Shown: in pieces, positions 1 through 10,394 of the stretch
Layout of the letters: each line of letters begins with the position of its first letter
Position numbering within the stretch: the first letter of the stretch is position 1
DNA from: Rhodobacterales bacterium
GTDB lineage: Bacteria > Pseudomonadota > Alphaproteobacteria > Rhodobacterales > Rhodobacteraceae
Assembly: GCA_038205925.1 (NCBI GenBank)
Contig: JBBRBJ010000006.1
Coordinates: 246-64,245 of the forward strand
Reading direction: 5' to 3'
Length of the DNA stretch: 64,000 nucleotides
Notes under the pieces: model-generated
What the model saw: the letters and a program-made list of their open reading frames with translations, nothing else
Database searches by the model: none
What the model was told of the DNA's origin: nothing
Translations under genes and position numbers: made by a program

Positions 1-64
1 GTGATCTTTGCGGCCGAGGCCGCGCGCCGGCGGATTTTCTGACAGAAGCTGATGGAGTGTGGGA

Positions 65-802
65 ATGTTTGATCTGACGGGAAAAAAAGCCCTGATAACG
101 GGCGCCTCAGGCGGCATCGGGGCCGATATTGCGCGCGTGCTGCATGATGCGGGGGCCACGGTGGGCCTGTCGGGCACACGCATTGCGCCGCTTCAAGCGC
201 TGGCGGCAGACCTGGGCGCGCGGGCGCATGTTCTTGCGTGCAACCTGTCGGACCCGGCCGAGGTGGAAGGGCTGGTCAAGCGCAGCGTCGAGGTGATGGG
301 CTCGGTGGATATTCTGGTCAACAACGCCGGCATCACCCGCGATGGCCTTGTCATGCGGATGTCGGATGAGGACTGGCAAGCGGTGATTGATGTGAACCTG
401 ACAGCGACGTTTCGCCTGTGCCGCGCGGCAGTGCGTGGCATGATGAAAGCGCGCTGGGGGCGGATTGTGAACATCTCTTCGGTGGTGGGGACCACCGGGA
501 ACGGCGGGCAGGTGAACTATGCGGCATCAAAGGCCGGGATGGTGGGGTTGACGAAATCGCTGGCGGCCGAAGTCGCCAGCCGGGGGATCACCGCCAATTG
601 TGTTGCACCGGGGTTCATCGAGACGGCGATGACGGAAAAGTTGACCGAGGCGCAGCGCGCAGGCATTCTGGGCGCTGTGCCGGCCGGGCGCATGGGTTTG
701 CCGCAAGAAATCGCTGCAGCGGTTCTCTACCTTGCGTCGCCCGAGGCGGGCTATGTCACCGGTGCCACGCTGCATGTCAACGGCGGCATGGCGATGATCT
801 GA
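65..802 (+). CDS. fabG: 3-oxoacyl-ACP reductase
   Basis: SDR motifs TGASGGIG, NNAGITRD, YAASK; upstream of acpP; ATG at 65. Confidence 0.95.
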   Translation: MFDLTGKKALITGASGGIGADIARVLHDAGATVGLSGTRIAPLQALAADLGARAHVLACNLSDPAEVEGLVKRSVEVMGSVDILVNNAGITRDGLVMRMSDEDWQAVIDVNLTATFRLCRAAVRGMMKARWGRIVNISSVVGTTGNGGQVNYAASKAGMVGLTKSLAAEVASRGITANCVAPGFIETAMTEKLTEAQRAGILGAVPAGRMGLPQEIAAAVLYLASPEAGYVTGATLHVNGGMAMI

Positions 803-981
803 CATGCACCGTGGCATCTCGCCCCGGAAAGCGTTTGCCTAATGACACGGCCCTTGCTATAGGCGCGCAGGAAATCACCGGGACTTGATCGGTGACGTCG
901 CAACAAAGCGGCGCTCGTCGCCCCAAGAGGGGCAAGAACAAAGCCGGGAACTCTCTCCCGCAACGTGAAAGAGGAAGTGAC

Positions 982-1215
982 ATGAGCGACATCGCTGACC
1001 GCGTGAAGAAGATCGTCGTCGAGCATCTGGGCGTCGAAGAGGACAAGGTGACCGAAACCGCCTCGTTCATCGATGATCTTGGCGCGGACTCGCTGGACAC
1101 CGTCGAGCTGGTCATGGCCTTTGAAGAAGAGTTCGGGATCGAGATCCCCGATGATGCCGCCGAAACCATTCAGACCTTCGGTGACGCGGTCAAGTTCATC
1201 ACCGAAGCGGTCTGA
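982..1215 (+). CDS. acpP: acyl carrier protein
   Basis: [12 protein letters not shown]...[20 protein letters not shown]; RBS GAGGAAG upstream of ATG 982. Confidence 0.97.
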   Translation: MSDIADRVKKIVVEHLGVEEDKVTETASFIDDLGADSLDTVELVMAFEEEFGIEIPDDAAETIQTFGDAVKFITEAV

Positions 1216-1236
1216 TACGCTTTTTTTGCCTGCAAG

Positions 1237-1277
1237 ACATGAAAAAGGCACCCCTGATCGGGGTGCCTTTTTCATGT
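1237..1277. terminator. bidirectional intrinsic terminator between convergent acpP and ssb
   Basis: ACATGAAAAAGGCACCCC-tgatc-GGGGTGCCTTTTTCATGT inverted repeat with A/T tracts on both sides. Confidence 0.85.
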
Positions 1278-1359
1278 AAATCAAACCATCAAGAAGGTGG
1301 TGGCGGTCGCGCCGACCGCCGCTGAAAAGCTCCGGTCGGGCGGGCCGGGGTCATAAAGG

Positions 1360-1905
1360 TCAGAACGGGATCTCGTCATCCATGTCGGACCGTCCGCCAC
1401 CGGCAGGCGCACGATCGCCGCCCTTTGCCCCGCCGCCGCCGCCACCCGAACCGCCCTGATAGTCATCATAGCCACCGCCGGCAGCCCCACGGTCATCGTA
1501 ACCGCCACCGCCCGCGCCGCCAGATCCGCCGCCAGATCCGCCACCGCCCTCACCGCGACCGCCCAGAAGTGTCAACGTGCCCGAATAAGGGCGCAGGACC
1601 ACTTCTGTGGAATAACGGTCAGCGCCCGACTGATCCTGCCACTTGCGGGTTTCCAGTTGACCTTCGATGTAAACGGTTGAGCCCTTTCGCAGGTACTGCT
1701 CGGCAATCTTGCCGACCGCTTCGTTGAAGATCGCGACCGAATGCCATTCGGTCTTTTCCCGCCGCTCGCCCGTCGCCTTGTCGCGCCAGGTCTCGGATGT
1801 GGCGATGCGCAGGTTCACCACCTTGCCACCATTGGGAAAACTGCGCACCTCGGGATCGCGCCCCAGATTGCCGATAAGGATGACCTTGTTGACCGACCCT
1901 GCCAT
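1360..1905 (-). CDS. ssb: single-stranded DNA-binding protein
   Basis: [19 protein letters not shown]; Gly-rich linker; C-terminal DDEIPF. Confidence 0.97.
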   Translation of the reverse strand: MAGSVNKVILIGNLGRDPEVRSFPNGGKVVNLRIATSETWRDKATGERREKTEWHSVAIFNEAVGKIAEQYLRKGSTVYIEGQLETRKWQDQSGADRYSTEVVLRPYSGTLTLLGGRGEGGGGSGGGSGGAGGGGYDDRGAAGGGYDDYQGGSGGGGGGAKGGDRAPAGGGRSDMDDEIPF

Positions 1906-2255
1906 GAATGAAACGCTCCCCTGCTGGTTGTCGTGATCTGGCGCAGTGTCTGCGACCATGGTTACCAAAATGTATACAAGTGCCCGCGCTCGCCCGCAAC
2001 CAATGGCCGAAGGCACGGTCAGGCGCGTCTGAACGCAATCAACCGGGAAAGGGGGGGGGGCGTCCCCCATGGCGCGCGCAACGCGTCCGTTTGATCGTCG
2101 AAAATCTGCTGGGGGGCCCCGCTGGCCTTGCTGACCGGCTATCGGCAAGATGCCGCCGAAACGTGGCCGCTTCGGGGTGCAGGTGCACGGGGTCTGGATT
2201 GAAGCGAAAAATTGCCTATAGTCCGTTTCTGATTGGACTTTGGTGGATGTGCCTG

Positions 2256-2870
2256 ATGAAATTCTTTTCAGCGATTGTTGTTGCGACCATGGTTTTTTCC
2301 GGTGTCTCGATAACTGCGACCCCCTTGGTGGCCGAAGGGCTGAACCTGTCGGGATCGACCAAGAACCGCGCGTCGCTGTTCAAGTCGCAGACCAAGCTGC
2401 TGGATGGACGCCTGTCCAAGCAGTATGAGGCGTCGGTGCGCCTGACGCCCAAAGGCAAGACGGCAACGGTGGCAACCGAAGGATCTGCAAAGCGTTATGC
2501 AGGCCGGTACAAGGGCGAGTATCTTGAAGTTGCCCGCACCGCCGCCCGCAAGCATGGTATCCCCGAGGATTTGTTCTTGCGGCTGGTTCAGCAGGAATCC
2601 GGCTGGAACCCGGGCGCGGTCAGCGTCAAGGGCGCCACCGGCCTCGCGCAATTGATGCCCGCGACGGCGCAGAAACTGGGGGTCGACATCGGAAACCCGC
2701 ACCAGAACCTTGAAGGCGGGGCGCGCTATCTGAAGATGATGTATGTCAAGTTCGGCACGTGGCGCCTGGCACTTGCCGCCTATAACGCAGGTCCCGGCGC
2801 GGTTGAAAAACACGGTGGCATTCCACCGTTCAACGAGACCAAGAACTACGTCAAGGCGATCCTGGGCTGA
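2256..2870 (+). CDS. lytic transglycosylase (SLT domain), exported
   Basis: [26 protein letters not shown] motifs; N-terminal signal peptide from ATG 2256. Confidence 0.9.
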   Translation: MKFFSAIVVATMVFSGVSITATPLVAEGLNLSGSTKNRASLFKSQTKLLDGRLSKQYEASVRLTPKGKTATVATEGSAKRYAGRYKGEYLEVARTAARKHGIPEDLFLRLVQQESGWNPGAVSVKGATGLAQLMPATAQKLGVDIGNPHQNLEGGARYLKMMYVKFGTWRLALAAYNAGPGAVEKHGGIPPFNETKNYVKAILG

Positions 2871-3043
2871 CATCCGGTCAGGCACGGCGTTTCTCTTTTT
2901 TGCTTGCTGCTTTCCAAATACTCCCGCCGAAGGCGCGCCTCCGCGCCCTGCGTTTCCACAGGTAATCCCGGAAAACCGCCTTCGCGCGGGCACATGGCTG
3001 GACAGACCGCCGGGATAGTGTGGCCCGGGGTATATCCGAACCG

Positions 3044-5134
3044 CTACTTCGCCACGATCTTGATCACCGGCTCCATTGAATTAAGCATCTCGGCGCTCAG
3101 ATGGCATTTGATCTGATGCGCCCCGTCCAGCATCTGGACGGGGGGCACTTCGCGTTCGCACAGGTTGCCGGGCACCTTTTCTTTCCAGCGGCAGCGCGTC
3201 TGGAACGGACATCCGGGGGGCGGGTTCATCGCCGAAGGGATGTCACCCTCCAGGACGATCCGGCGCTTGACCACGCGGGTATCGGCAATCGGCACGGCAG
3301 ACAGCAGCGCCTCGGTGTAGGGGTGGTAAGGCGGCGAGAACACCTGATCTGTGGTACCCAACTCGACCACATGGCCCAGATACATCACCATCACCCGGTC
3401 GCTGAGGTAGCGCACGATGGAAAGGTCATGGCTGATGAACAGCAAGGTGGTCTTGTTCTTGCGCTGAATCTCCATCAGCAGATCGGTCACGGCGGCCTGC
3501 ACCGACACATCCAGCGCCGACACCGGCTCATCCGCGACCACGATCTTGGCCCCGCCCGCAAAGGCGCGCGCGATGCCGACGCGCTGCTTTTGTCCACCTG
3601 AAAGCTGGCGTGGCATCCGTTCGGCAAACTGTCGCGGCAGCTTTACAAGATCGAGCAGTTCCAGCATCCGGTCGCTGCGCTCGGTATCCGAGTTGCCCTC
3701 GCCAAAGATTTCCAGCGCGCGGATGATCTGGCGGCCCACGCTCATCGACGGGTTCAGCGTGTCGAACGGGTTCTGGAACACCATTTGCAGCTGCGACACG
3801 GTATCGGTCGAGCGCTGCTGGATCGGGATGTCCTGCACGTTTTCGTCAAACAGCATGATCTGCCCGCTGGTCGCGGTTTCCAGCCCCATCAGCACCTTGG
3901 CAAGTGTAGACTTGCCACATCCGGATTCTCCCACGATGGCAAGGGTCTCGGACTCGTGTGCCTCAAAGCTGAGCGTCTCATTGGCCTTGACCACCTTTTC
4001 CGCGCCCCCGCCAAAGGCGCCGGCGTTCACGGTGTAATATTTCTTCAGATCATCGAGTTTCAGCACGACCGGGCCGATGGGCGTTTTGGCCACTTTCTTC
4101 GCAGCCTTCGGTGGTGCGTCCCAGTCGATCTCTTGCCATTTCACGCAGCGGCTGGCGTGGCGGTCGTCATCTGGCACGGGCACCATCGGCACCTCGCCTG
4201 CATTGCAGCGGCCGTCCTCGAAATAATCGCAGCGCGGTCCGAAATTGCAGCCATCGGGGCGCTCGTGCGGCAGGGGAAAGTTGCCCGGAATGGCAATCAG
4301 AGGGCTGGAGTTCTTGTCCGCACCCGGCAGCGGGATCGAGCGGAACAGCGCCTGTGTGTAGGGGTGGCGCATCTTTTCGAACACCTGGGTGACGTTGCCG
4401 GTTTCTACCGCCTCGCCCGAATACATCACGCAAAGGCGGTCACAGACATCCAGCACGAGGCCAAGGTTGTGGCTGATGAACAGCATGGACGTGCCGTATT
4501 TTTTGCCCAGATCCTTGACCAGATCGACAATTCCCGCCTCGACCGTCACATCGAGCGCAGTCGTCGGCTCATCGAGGATCAGAAGCGCGGGTTTGGCCAT
4601 CAGCGCCATCGCGATGACGATGCGCTGCTGCTGTCCGCCCGAGAGTTGGTGGGGAAACGCGTTGATGATGCGGTCGGGATCGGGCAGGCGGACATCGGCC
4701 ACGATCTGGCGTGCAAGCTTCATCGCTTGGGCGCGGGACATCCCCTGGTGAATGACAGGCACCTCGGCCAGTTGTTCGCCCACGCGCATGGCAGGGTTCA
4801 GGCTGGCCATGGGTTCTTGATAGATCATGGCAATTTCCGAGCCGCGGATATGGCGCAGCCCCTCTTCGTCAAGCGTGGTCAGATCCCGCCCCTTGAACTT
4901 GATCGAGCCTGCGACGATGCGCCCGTTCTTGCCCAGATCGCGCATCACGGCCAGTGCCACGGTGGACTTGCCACAGCCGCTTTCGCCCACCAGACCCATC
5001 GCCTCACCCTCCATCACGGTGCAGGAAAAATCCATCACGGCAGGGATTTCGCGCAGGCGCGTGAAGAACGAGATCGACAGGTTCTCGATCTCGAGGATGG
5101 GTTTGGACGTGTCCCAATCGGTGATGTTCGACAT
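3044..5134 (-). CDS. peptide/opine/nickel-type ABC transporter ATPase, fused double NBD (DppD-DppF-like)
   Basis: two Walker A motifs GESGCGKST, LSGGQ signatures, C-terminal oligo_HPY/Cys motifs. Confidence 0.92.
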   Translation of the reverse strand: MSNITDWDTSKPILEIENLSISFFTRLREIPAVMDFSCTVMEGEAMGLVGESGCGKSTVALAVMRDLGKNGRIVAGSIKFKGRDLTTLDEEGLRHIRGSEIAMIYQEPMASLNPAMRVGEQLAEVPVIHQGMSRAQAMKLARQIVADVRLPDPDRIINAFPHQLSGGQQQRIVIAMALMAKPALLILDEPTTALDVTVEAGIVDLVKDLGKKYGTSMLFISHNLGLVLDVCDRLCVMYSGEAVETGNVTQVFEKMRHPYTQALFRSIPLPGADKNSSPLIAIPGNFPLPHERPDGCNFGPRCDYFEDGRCNAGEVPMVPVPDDDRHASRCVKWQEIDWDAPPKAAKKVAKTPIGPVVLKLDDLKKYYTVNAGAFGGGAEKVVKANETLSFEAHESETLAIVGESGCGKSTLAKVLMGLETATSGQIMLFDENVQDIPIQQRSTDTVSQLQMVFQNPFDTLNPSMSVGRQIIRALEIFGEGNSDTERSDRMLELLDLVKLPRQFAERMPRQLSGGQKQRVGIARAFAGGAKIVVADEPVSALDVSVQAAVTDLLMEIQRKNKTTLLFISHDLSIVRYLSDRVMVMYLGHVVELGTTDQVFSPPYHPYTEALLSAVPIADTRVVKRRIVLEGDIPSAMNPPPGCPFQTRCRWKEKVPGNLCEREVPPVQMLDGAHQIKCHLSAEMLNSMEPVIKIVAK

Positions 5135-5195
5135 GGTGGCCTCGCGCTTGTGGAGGGTTCGGGTCCCGGGGAGTTTCGAGGGCAGAAAATGCAGA

Positions 5196-6350
5196 TCAGT
5201 CGCGCATGGATTCTTCGCGCAGGCCATCGGCCAGCAGGTTGAGGCCGAGGACAAGGCTCATCAAGGCGATGGCCGGGGCAAGGGCGGGGTGCGGGAAGAT
5301 GGCCAGAAGGCGGCGGCCATCGTCGATGGTCGAGCCCCAGTCGGGGGATTCAGGGCTGACGCCCAGGCCAAAGAATCCAAGGGTGCCCAGCAGGATCGTG
5401 GTGTATCCGATGCGCAGGCAGAAATCGACGATCAAGGGCCCGCGTGCGTTTGGCAGGATCTCCCACAGCATGATGTACCACGGCCCCTCGCCCCTGGTCT
5501 GGCCTGCGGCGACATAATCACGCGATTTCAGGTCCATCACGATGCCGCGCACAATGCGGAACACGGTGGGGGCGTTGACGAACACGACCGAGACGAAGAC
5601 GTTCAGAAGGTTGGGGTCCATCGACCACACGCCAATCGGGTCTGCGTTGAAGGCAAGGCCCGAATAGGCCCAGAGACCGATCACCAGCGAGGCGCCGACG
5701 TAAAGGTTGCGTCGGCGCGGGTTGGTGAAATAGCGGCTGTTGAACAAGACGCACACGAAGATAACCGGGAAAATAAACAGCACGGCGGCAAGGTAGGTGG
5801 GGATGCCGGTCACGCGAATTTCGGGGGTGACGAGCAGGTAGAACAACAAGATCACCGGAAAGGCGAGCACGAGGTTGGCGATGAAGGACAGTGCAGTGTC
5901 CAGCTTGCCGCCGAAGTAGCCGGCGGGCAGGCCCAGCGTGATGCCGACCATGAAGGCGATCACGGTTGCCGCAGGAGCAATGGCCAGCACACGCCGCGCG
6001 CCCATGACCATGCGGCTGAACACGTCGCGCGCAAGGCTGTCGCCGCCCAGCAGATACCATGCAGTGTCAGACCCGGTCACGGCCTTGCCGGGCAGGGCGT
6101 TCTTCATGCCCGACAACTGGCTCAGCGGATCATGCGTGATGATCAGGTCGGCGAAAAAGGCGGTAAACACCCAGAACATCACCAGCGCAAATCCGATCAT
6201 GCCCACAGTGCTGTCAAACAGTTTGCCATAAAGACCCAGGCGGCGCCGGTAATGGACCGAAAGCGCGAAGGTCAAGGCCAGTGCTATCCACACGGGCACG
6301 AACTGCACTGCCATCTTGACGAAAATCATCGGCCAGGAGAGATCTTCCAT
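5196..6350 (-). CDS. peptide-type ABC transporter permease (DppC-like)
   Basis: multiple TM segments, EAA-like loop DYVAAGQTRGE, GLNLLADGLRE end. Confidence 0.9.
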   Translation of the reverse strand: MEDLSWPMIFVKMAVQFVPVWIALALTFALSVHYRRRLGLYGKLFDSTVGMIGFALVMFWVFTAFFADLIITHDPLSQLSGMKNALPGKAVTGSDTAWYLLGGDSLARDVFSRMVMGARRVLAIAPAATVIAFMVGITLGLPAGYFGGKLDTALSFIANLVLAFPVILLFYLLVTPEIRVTGIPTYLAAVLFIFPVIFVCVLFNSRYFTNPRRRNLYVGASLVIGLWAYSGLAFNADPIGVWSMDPNLLNVFVSVVFVNAPTVFRIVRGIVMDLKSRDYVAAGQTRGEGPWYIMLWEILPNARGPLIVDFCLRIGYTTILLGTLGFFGLGVSPESPDWGSTIDDGRRLLAIFPHPALAPAIALMSLVLGLNLLADGLREESMRD

Positions 6351-6363
6351 GGGTCGGGTATCC

Positions 6364-7446
6364 TCAGCTGAGCCGGATGCGGGGATTCAGAAACACATAG
6401 CCGATGTCCGAGATCAGCTGTGTGACGAGCACGACAAAGACGGCCACGACCGAACAGCCAAGCAGAAGCTGGATGTCGTTGTTGCCAGCGGCCTGCACCA
6501 GAGTCCAGCCAAAGCCCTTGTAGTTGAACAGCGTCTCGACGATGACCACGCCGTTCAACAGCCACGGAAATTGCAGCATGATCACGGTAAATGGCGCGAT
6601 CAGGGCGTTGCGCAGCGCGTGCCTGAGGATGACGTTGCGAAAGCTGACACCCTTCAGGCGCGCAGTGCGGATGTATTGCTGGGTCATCACCTCGGTCATC
6701 GACGCGCGCGTCATGCGGGCAATGTAGCCGATGCCGTAAAGTGCGATGGTTATGACGGGCAGGGCAAAGTTCCAGAAGGTGATCTTGGTCATGGCCGAGG
6801 TTGCTGTGCCCTGAAACAGGGTGCGCCCCTCGATCCAGCCCGCTTCGGCAAGGATGGGTGAGATGCCTGTCGTGGCCGAGCCCAGAAGCACGATCAGGAT
6901 CACGCCCGAGACGTATTCGGGCGTGGCGGTCGAGCCGATGGCAAAGGCCGAAAGCACCCGGTCGGTGCCCGAGCCTTCGCGCATCCCCGACAGCACGCCA
7001 AGGATCAGCGCCGAGGGCACCATCACGATCATCACCCAAGCCATCAGCCAGGCGGTGGCACCCAGGCTGCGCGACAGGATTTCAGCCACGGGTTGCTTGA
7101 ACACCGTCGATTGGCCCCACTCGCCCTGCAACACGCCGCAATAGCGCGGTGCAGTTTCGGCGGTGCGTCCGTTGCCAAGGCAGCGGCCTGTGGTCAGGTC
7201 GCCCTCAACGCGCGTCCAGCCCGGCACCACGCCCAGCCACTCGCCGTAGCGCACCAGAACAGGTTGCGCGAAGCCGTTCTTTTCCAGCCAGCTTATCACC
7301 GCGTCGTCGGACATGCGGGCCGACGCTTCAGACTTTGCAAGCTTTTCAAGGTTGGGCGGCAGGTTCGTCATGTAAAACACGATGAATGTCAGCGCGAGCG
7401 CGGTCAGCACCATGACCCCAATACGTCGGAGCATGAACAATAGCAT
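6364..7446 (-). CDS. peptide-type ABC transporter permease (DppB-like)
   Basis: YIRTARLKG, HALRNAL, VETLFNYKGFG, LNPRIR end. Confidence 0.9.
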   Translation of the reverse strand: MLLFMLRRIGVMVLTALALTFIVFYMTNLPPNLEKLAKSEASARMSDDAVISWLEKNGFAQPVLVRYGEWLGVVPGWTRVEGDLTTGRCLGNGRTAETAPRYCGVLQGEWGQSTVFKQPVAEILSRSLGATAWLMAWVMIVMVPSALILGVLSGMREGSGTDRVLSAFAIGSTATPEYVSGVILIVLLGSATTGISPILAEAGWIEGRTLFQGTATSAMTKITFWNFALPVITIALYGIGYIARMTRASMTEVMTQQYIRTARLKGVSFRNVILRHALRNALIAPFTVIMLQFPWLLNGVVIVETLFNYKGFGWTLVQAAGNNDIQLLLGCSVVAVFVVLVTQLISDIGYVFLNPRIRLS

Positions 7447-7527
7447 GGGTTATCCTTTCCCGATGGGACAAGGGCTACGGCCACACAAATGGCCGCCAAC
7501 GGGCTTGAAGTCTGAGGTCAGAAGACC

Positions 7528-7555
7528 GATGCGCCCCGGTTTCCCAGGGCGCATC
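7528..7555. terminator. intercistronic stem-loop after the binding-protein gene (mRNA-stabilising or partial terminator)
   Basis: GATGCGCCC-N10-GGGCGCATC; no long U tract. Confidence 0.5.
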
Positions 7556-7569
7556 CCGTCTGTGCGTGG

Positions 7570-9219
7570 TTATGCGTTGATCCACCACTTATAGTGGTGA
7601 TGCTCAAAGGTCGCGTGCATTTCGGCACCTTTGACCTTTGGGTCAACGTGGCGATACAGCGAGCGCCAGTAGGGCTGGATCAGCACGCCCTGCTCTTGCA
7701 TGATCGTCTCGATCCGCACCATCAATTCGCGGCGCTTGTCGGCATCTGCGATCGACATCGCTTCGGCCAGCAAGGTGTCGAATTCAGGGTTGCTGAACGC
7801 AGCCTCGTTCCACGCCTCGCCCGAGCGGTAGGCAAGGGCAAGGATTTGCACGCCAAGCGGGCGCATGTTCCATTCGGTGGCCGAGAACGGATACTTGGTC
7901 CAGTCGTTCCAGAAGGTCGAGCCCGGCAGAACCGTGCGCTTGATCTTGATGCCCGCATCGCGGATCTGGGCGGCAACCGCATCGCAAGTGCCTGCCTGCC
8001 AGCCATCATCGACCGAGATCAACTCGAATTCGAAATCGGCGCGGCCTGCGTCAGCGATCATCTGCTTGGCGGCTGCCGGATCGACGACAACGGGGGGCAG
8101 TTGCGCATACTCGGGGTGGATCGGGCAGACATGGTGGTTTTCCGCCACGGTGCCCAGGCCGGAGTAACCCAGTTCCAGAACAACCGCGTTATCCACGGCC
8201 ATCGTCAGGGCGCGGCGCACGTTCACGTCCTTGTATTCTTCGGCCAATTGGTTGAAGCGCACCGCAAGCGTGGACGAGGTGATGGCTTCGGACTGGTCCC
8301 AGCCAAGGCCCTGCATCACTTCGACAAACTCGCCCGTGGTCTGATAGGTCGCGTCGATTTCGCCCGAACCGGCGGAGGCTACGGCAGCGGCAGGATCCGT
8401 GCCAAGGTCGATATACTCGATCCGGTCCAGATACGGTCCACCGTAAACATCGGTGCCCCACCAGGCGTGATCGGCGTTCTTGACGAGGATCTGACGGATG
8501 CCAACCTCATTGACCTCGGACTTGTAGGGGCCGGTGCCGGGGGTCATGGTCGGATCGCCATTGTCATAGGAGGAGTGCACCACAGCCGCCGGATAGTCGG
8601 CAACGCCAGCGATCATGGTGATATCCGGCGCGCTGAGTTTCAGCACAACCGTCATCGGGTCCGTAACCGTGATGGCGCCCTCGGCCGCCGTCTTGGTTTC
8701 CGGGTTGATCAGGCCGGTCATGCGGCCCGCCATCGAGTTGCCCTCGACGTTGCCATCGCACCAACGGGTGAAGTTGTTGGCCACATCTTCGGCGGTGAAG
8801 TCATCGCCGTTGTTCCACTTGACGCCCTGACGCACCTTGAGGGTGTATTCCGTGGCGTCGTCATTGGTTGACCACGACTCCAGCAACATGCCGCGGATCG
8901 AGCCGTCATTGTTGTATTCAACCAGATATTCCAGCCAGCCGCGGGTAAAGCAGGAGATCTCGCTCCAGTCAGCGGTGCGCGGGTCTTTCAGGCCACGGGT
9001 CTGCATCTGCATCCGCAAGGTGCCGCCCATTTTTGGGGTGTCTTGCGCCATCGCGGGCGAAGTCAGGCCCAAAAGGCCATATGCCACGGGGGCGGTCACG
9101 CCCAGTGCAGTGGCCGTGGCCAGAAACTCGCGGCGGCTCATCTTGCCCGCGCGTGTTTCTTCGGCAAACATCAGCGCTGCCGGATGAGCGGCGGGCCGTG
9201 TGTGAAAAGTGTCTTTCAT
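7570..9219 (-). CDS. family 5 ABC substrate-binding protein with Tat signal
   Basis: SRREFL twin-arginine motif; [15 protein letters not shown] and GTGPY family-5 motifs. Confidence 0.9.
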   Translation of the reverse strand: MKDTFHTRPAAHPAALMFAEETRAGKMSRREFLATATALGVTAPVAYGLLGLTSPAMAQDTPKMGGTLRMQMQTRGLKDPRTADWSEISCFTRGWLEYLVEYNNDGSIRGMLLESWSTNDDATEYTLKVRQGVKWNNGDDFTAEDVANNFTRWCDGNVEGNSMAGRMTGLINPETKTAAEGAITVTDPMTVVLKLSAPDITMIAGVADYPAAVVHSSYDNGDPTMTPGTGPYKSEVNEVGIRQILVKNADHAWWGTDVYGGPYLDRIEYIDLGTDPAAAVASAGSGEIDATYQTTGEFVEVMQGLGWDQSEAITSSTLAVRFNQLAEEYKDVNVRRALTMAVDNAVVLELGYSGLGTVAENHHVCPIHPEYAQLPPVVVDPAAAKQMIADAGRADFEFELISVDDGWQAGTCDAVAAQIRDAGIKIKRTVLPGSTFWNDWTKYPFSATEWNMRPLGVQILALAYRSGEAWNEAAFSNPEFDTLLAEAMSIADADKRRELMVRIETIMQEQGVLIQPYWRSLYRHVDPKVKGAEMHATFEHHHYKWWINA

Positions 9220-9382
9220 TCTCGTCTCCCTGTGTGGCATTGCCATCTTGTTTTGGGTCTTAACCGCGCATAGAGGGGCATGATCAGCAATGACTGTCAG
9301 GTCCGGACGTGCGGGCTCACGCCCCTATACCGCATGACTTTGCCGCTGGCGTCAACGCCCGGAATGGCCCGATTGTCAATCT

Positions 9383-9403
9383 TTTGCGACTTGGGGTCGC
9401 AAA
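9383..9403. promoter_or_regulatory. perfect inverted repeat, candidate operator for the ABC operon
   Basis: TTTGCGAC-ttggg-GTCGCAAA, ~165 bp upstream of the SBP start. Confidence 0.55.
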
Positions 9404-9458
9404 CAGGCATTCTGACAGGCTTCGTCCAAAACGCTGAAAATGTGCGGAGGAACAGCCT

Positions 9459-10292
9459 TCAGACCTCACGCCGGAAGGCAGTTGGGGTGCGGCCCGTCAG
9501 GTGCTGAAACGAGCGTGTGAAATACGCGGGCGACGTGAAACCGAGGGCTTCGCCAATGCGGGCGACAGGCAGTCTGGTTTCGGCCAGCATCATCCGGGCC
9601 TCAAAGATCCTGCGGTCTTGCAGCACCTCGATGGCCGAGCGTCCGCACGCGATGCGGCAGCAGCGCGTCAGGTGCGTGGGCGTCACGCCAAGGGCGGCGG
9701 CAAATTCGCCCACACCTGTGCCTTTTCGAAACTCACGCTCCATCAGCGCGGTATAGCGTGCAACAAGACGGCGGGCGGCGTCCGGCTTGGTCGCCTCGGG
9801 CGCACCGCGCACCGACTGTCGTTCCAGCCACACGCTCAGCAACCCAAGGTAATGGCGGGTGGCGCGGTCATGGGCGGGAACATCGCTGCCCACCTCGCGC
9901 GCCATGCTGTCGAGGATCATGTTGACTTCTTGCTGGGCATGCACCTCGCGGATGCGCAGATGCTGCGGTTGGCCGGGCAACGCCACCTGCGTGTCGCGGC
10001 CAAAGAACACTGCCGTGCCAAAGACCTGCGGCCCCACCTCGAACCCGTGCATCACGCCGGGGGGAATGAAGATCGCGTTGTTGGCCGTGTAGCCGCGCGT
10101 GACACCGGCAATCGTGATGCGGCCCTGACCCTTGGTGAACCACAAGAACATCGGCTCTGAGATGGCGCGCATCGCCTCGACACGCCAACGTCCGCCCGCA
10201 GCAAGGCGGGGAATGGCCACGAGGCGCAGATCCGAGGAGGCAGCCGTCAGTTGGTTCATGGGCAAGAGGTCCGTAAGGCAATAGTCAGACAT
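9459..10292 (-). CDS. AraC-family transcriptional regulator (start may be 10259)
   Basis: cupin-like N-terminus; C-terminal LGFTSPAYFTRSFQHLTGRTPTAFR. Confidence 0.9.
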   Translation of the reverse strand: MSDYCLTDLLPMNQLTAASSDLRLVAIPRLAAGGRWRVEAMRAISEPMFLWFTKGQGRITIAGVTRGYTANNAIFIPPGVMHGFEVGPQVFGTAVFFGRDTQVALPGQPQHLRIREVHAQQEVNMILDSMAREVGSDVPAHDRATRHYLGLLSVWLERQSVRGAPEATKPDAARRLVARYTALMEREFRKGTGVGEFAAALGVTPTHLTRCCRIACGRSAIEVLQDRRIFEARMMLAETRLPVARIGEALGFTSPAYFTRSFQHLTGRTPTAFRREV

Positions 10293-10367
10293 CGAGTTAA
10301 CCAGTCCCTGCCGCGCAACCCAAGCGAAAATATGGCGATAACGACATCCCCTGCCGCGTCATGTGGA

Positions 10368-10382
10368 TTAATCTGGTTTTAG
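10368..10382. promoter_or_regulatory. CtrA-box-like site upstream of the araC gene
   Basis: TTAA-tctggtt-TTAG, one mismatch to TTAA-N7-TTAA; GTTAAC half-site at 10296. Confidence 0.4.
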
Positions 10383-10394
10383 GCAATAATCCGC

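Noticed and set aside
1390-1560. GCC/ACC-rich repeats in ssb
   Set aside because: Ordinary Gly-rich SSB linker
2871-3043. tRNA search in intergenic gaps (here and 32410-33072)
   Set aside because: No cloverleaf with a T-loop GTTCRA and acceptor stem found on either strand
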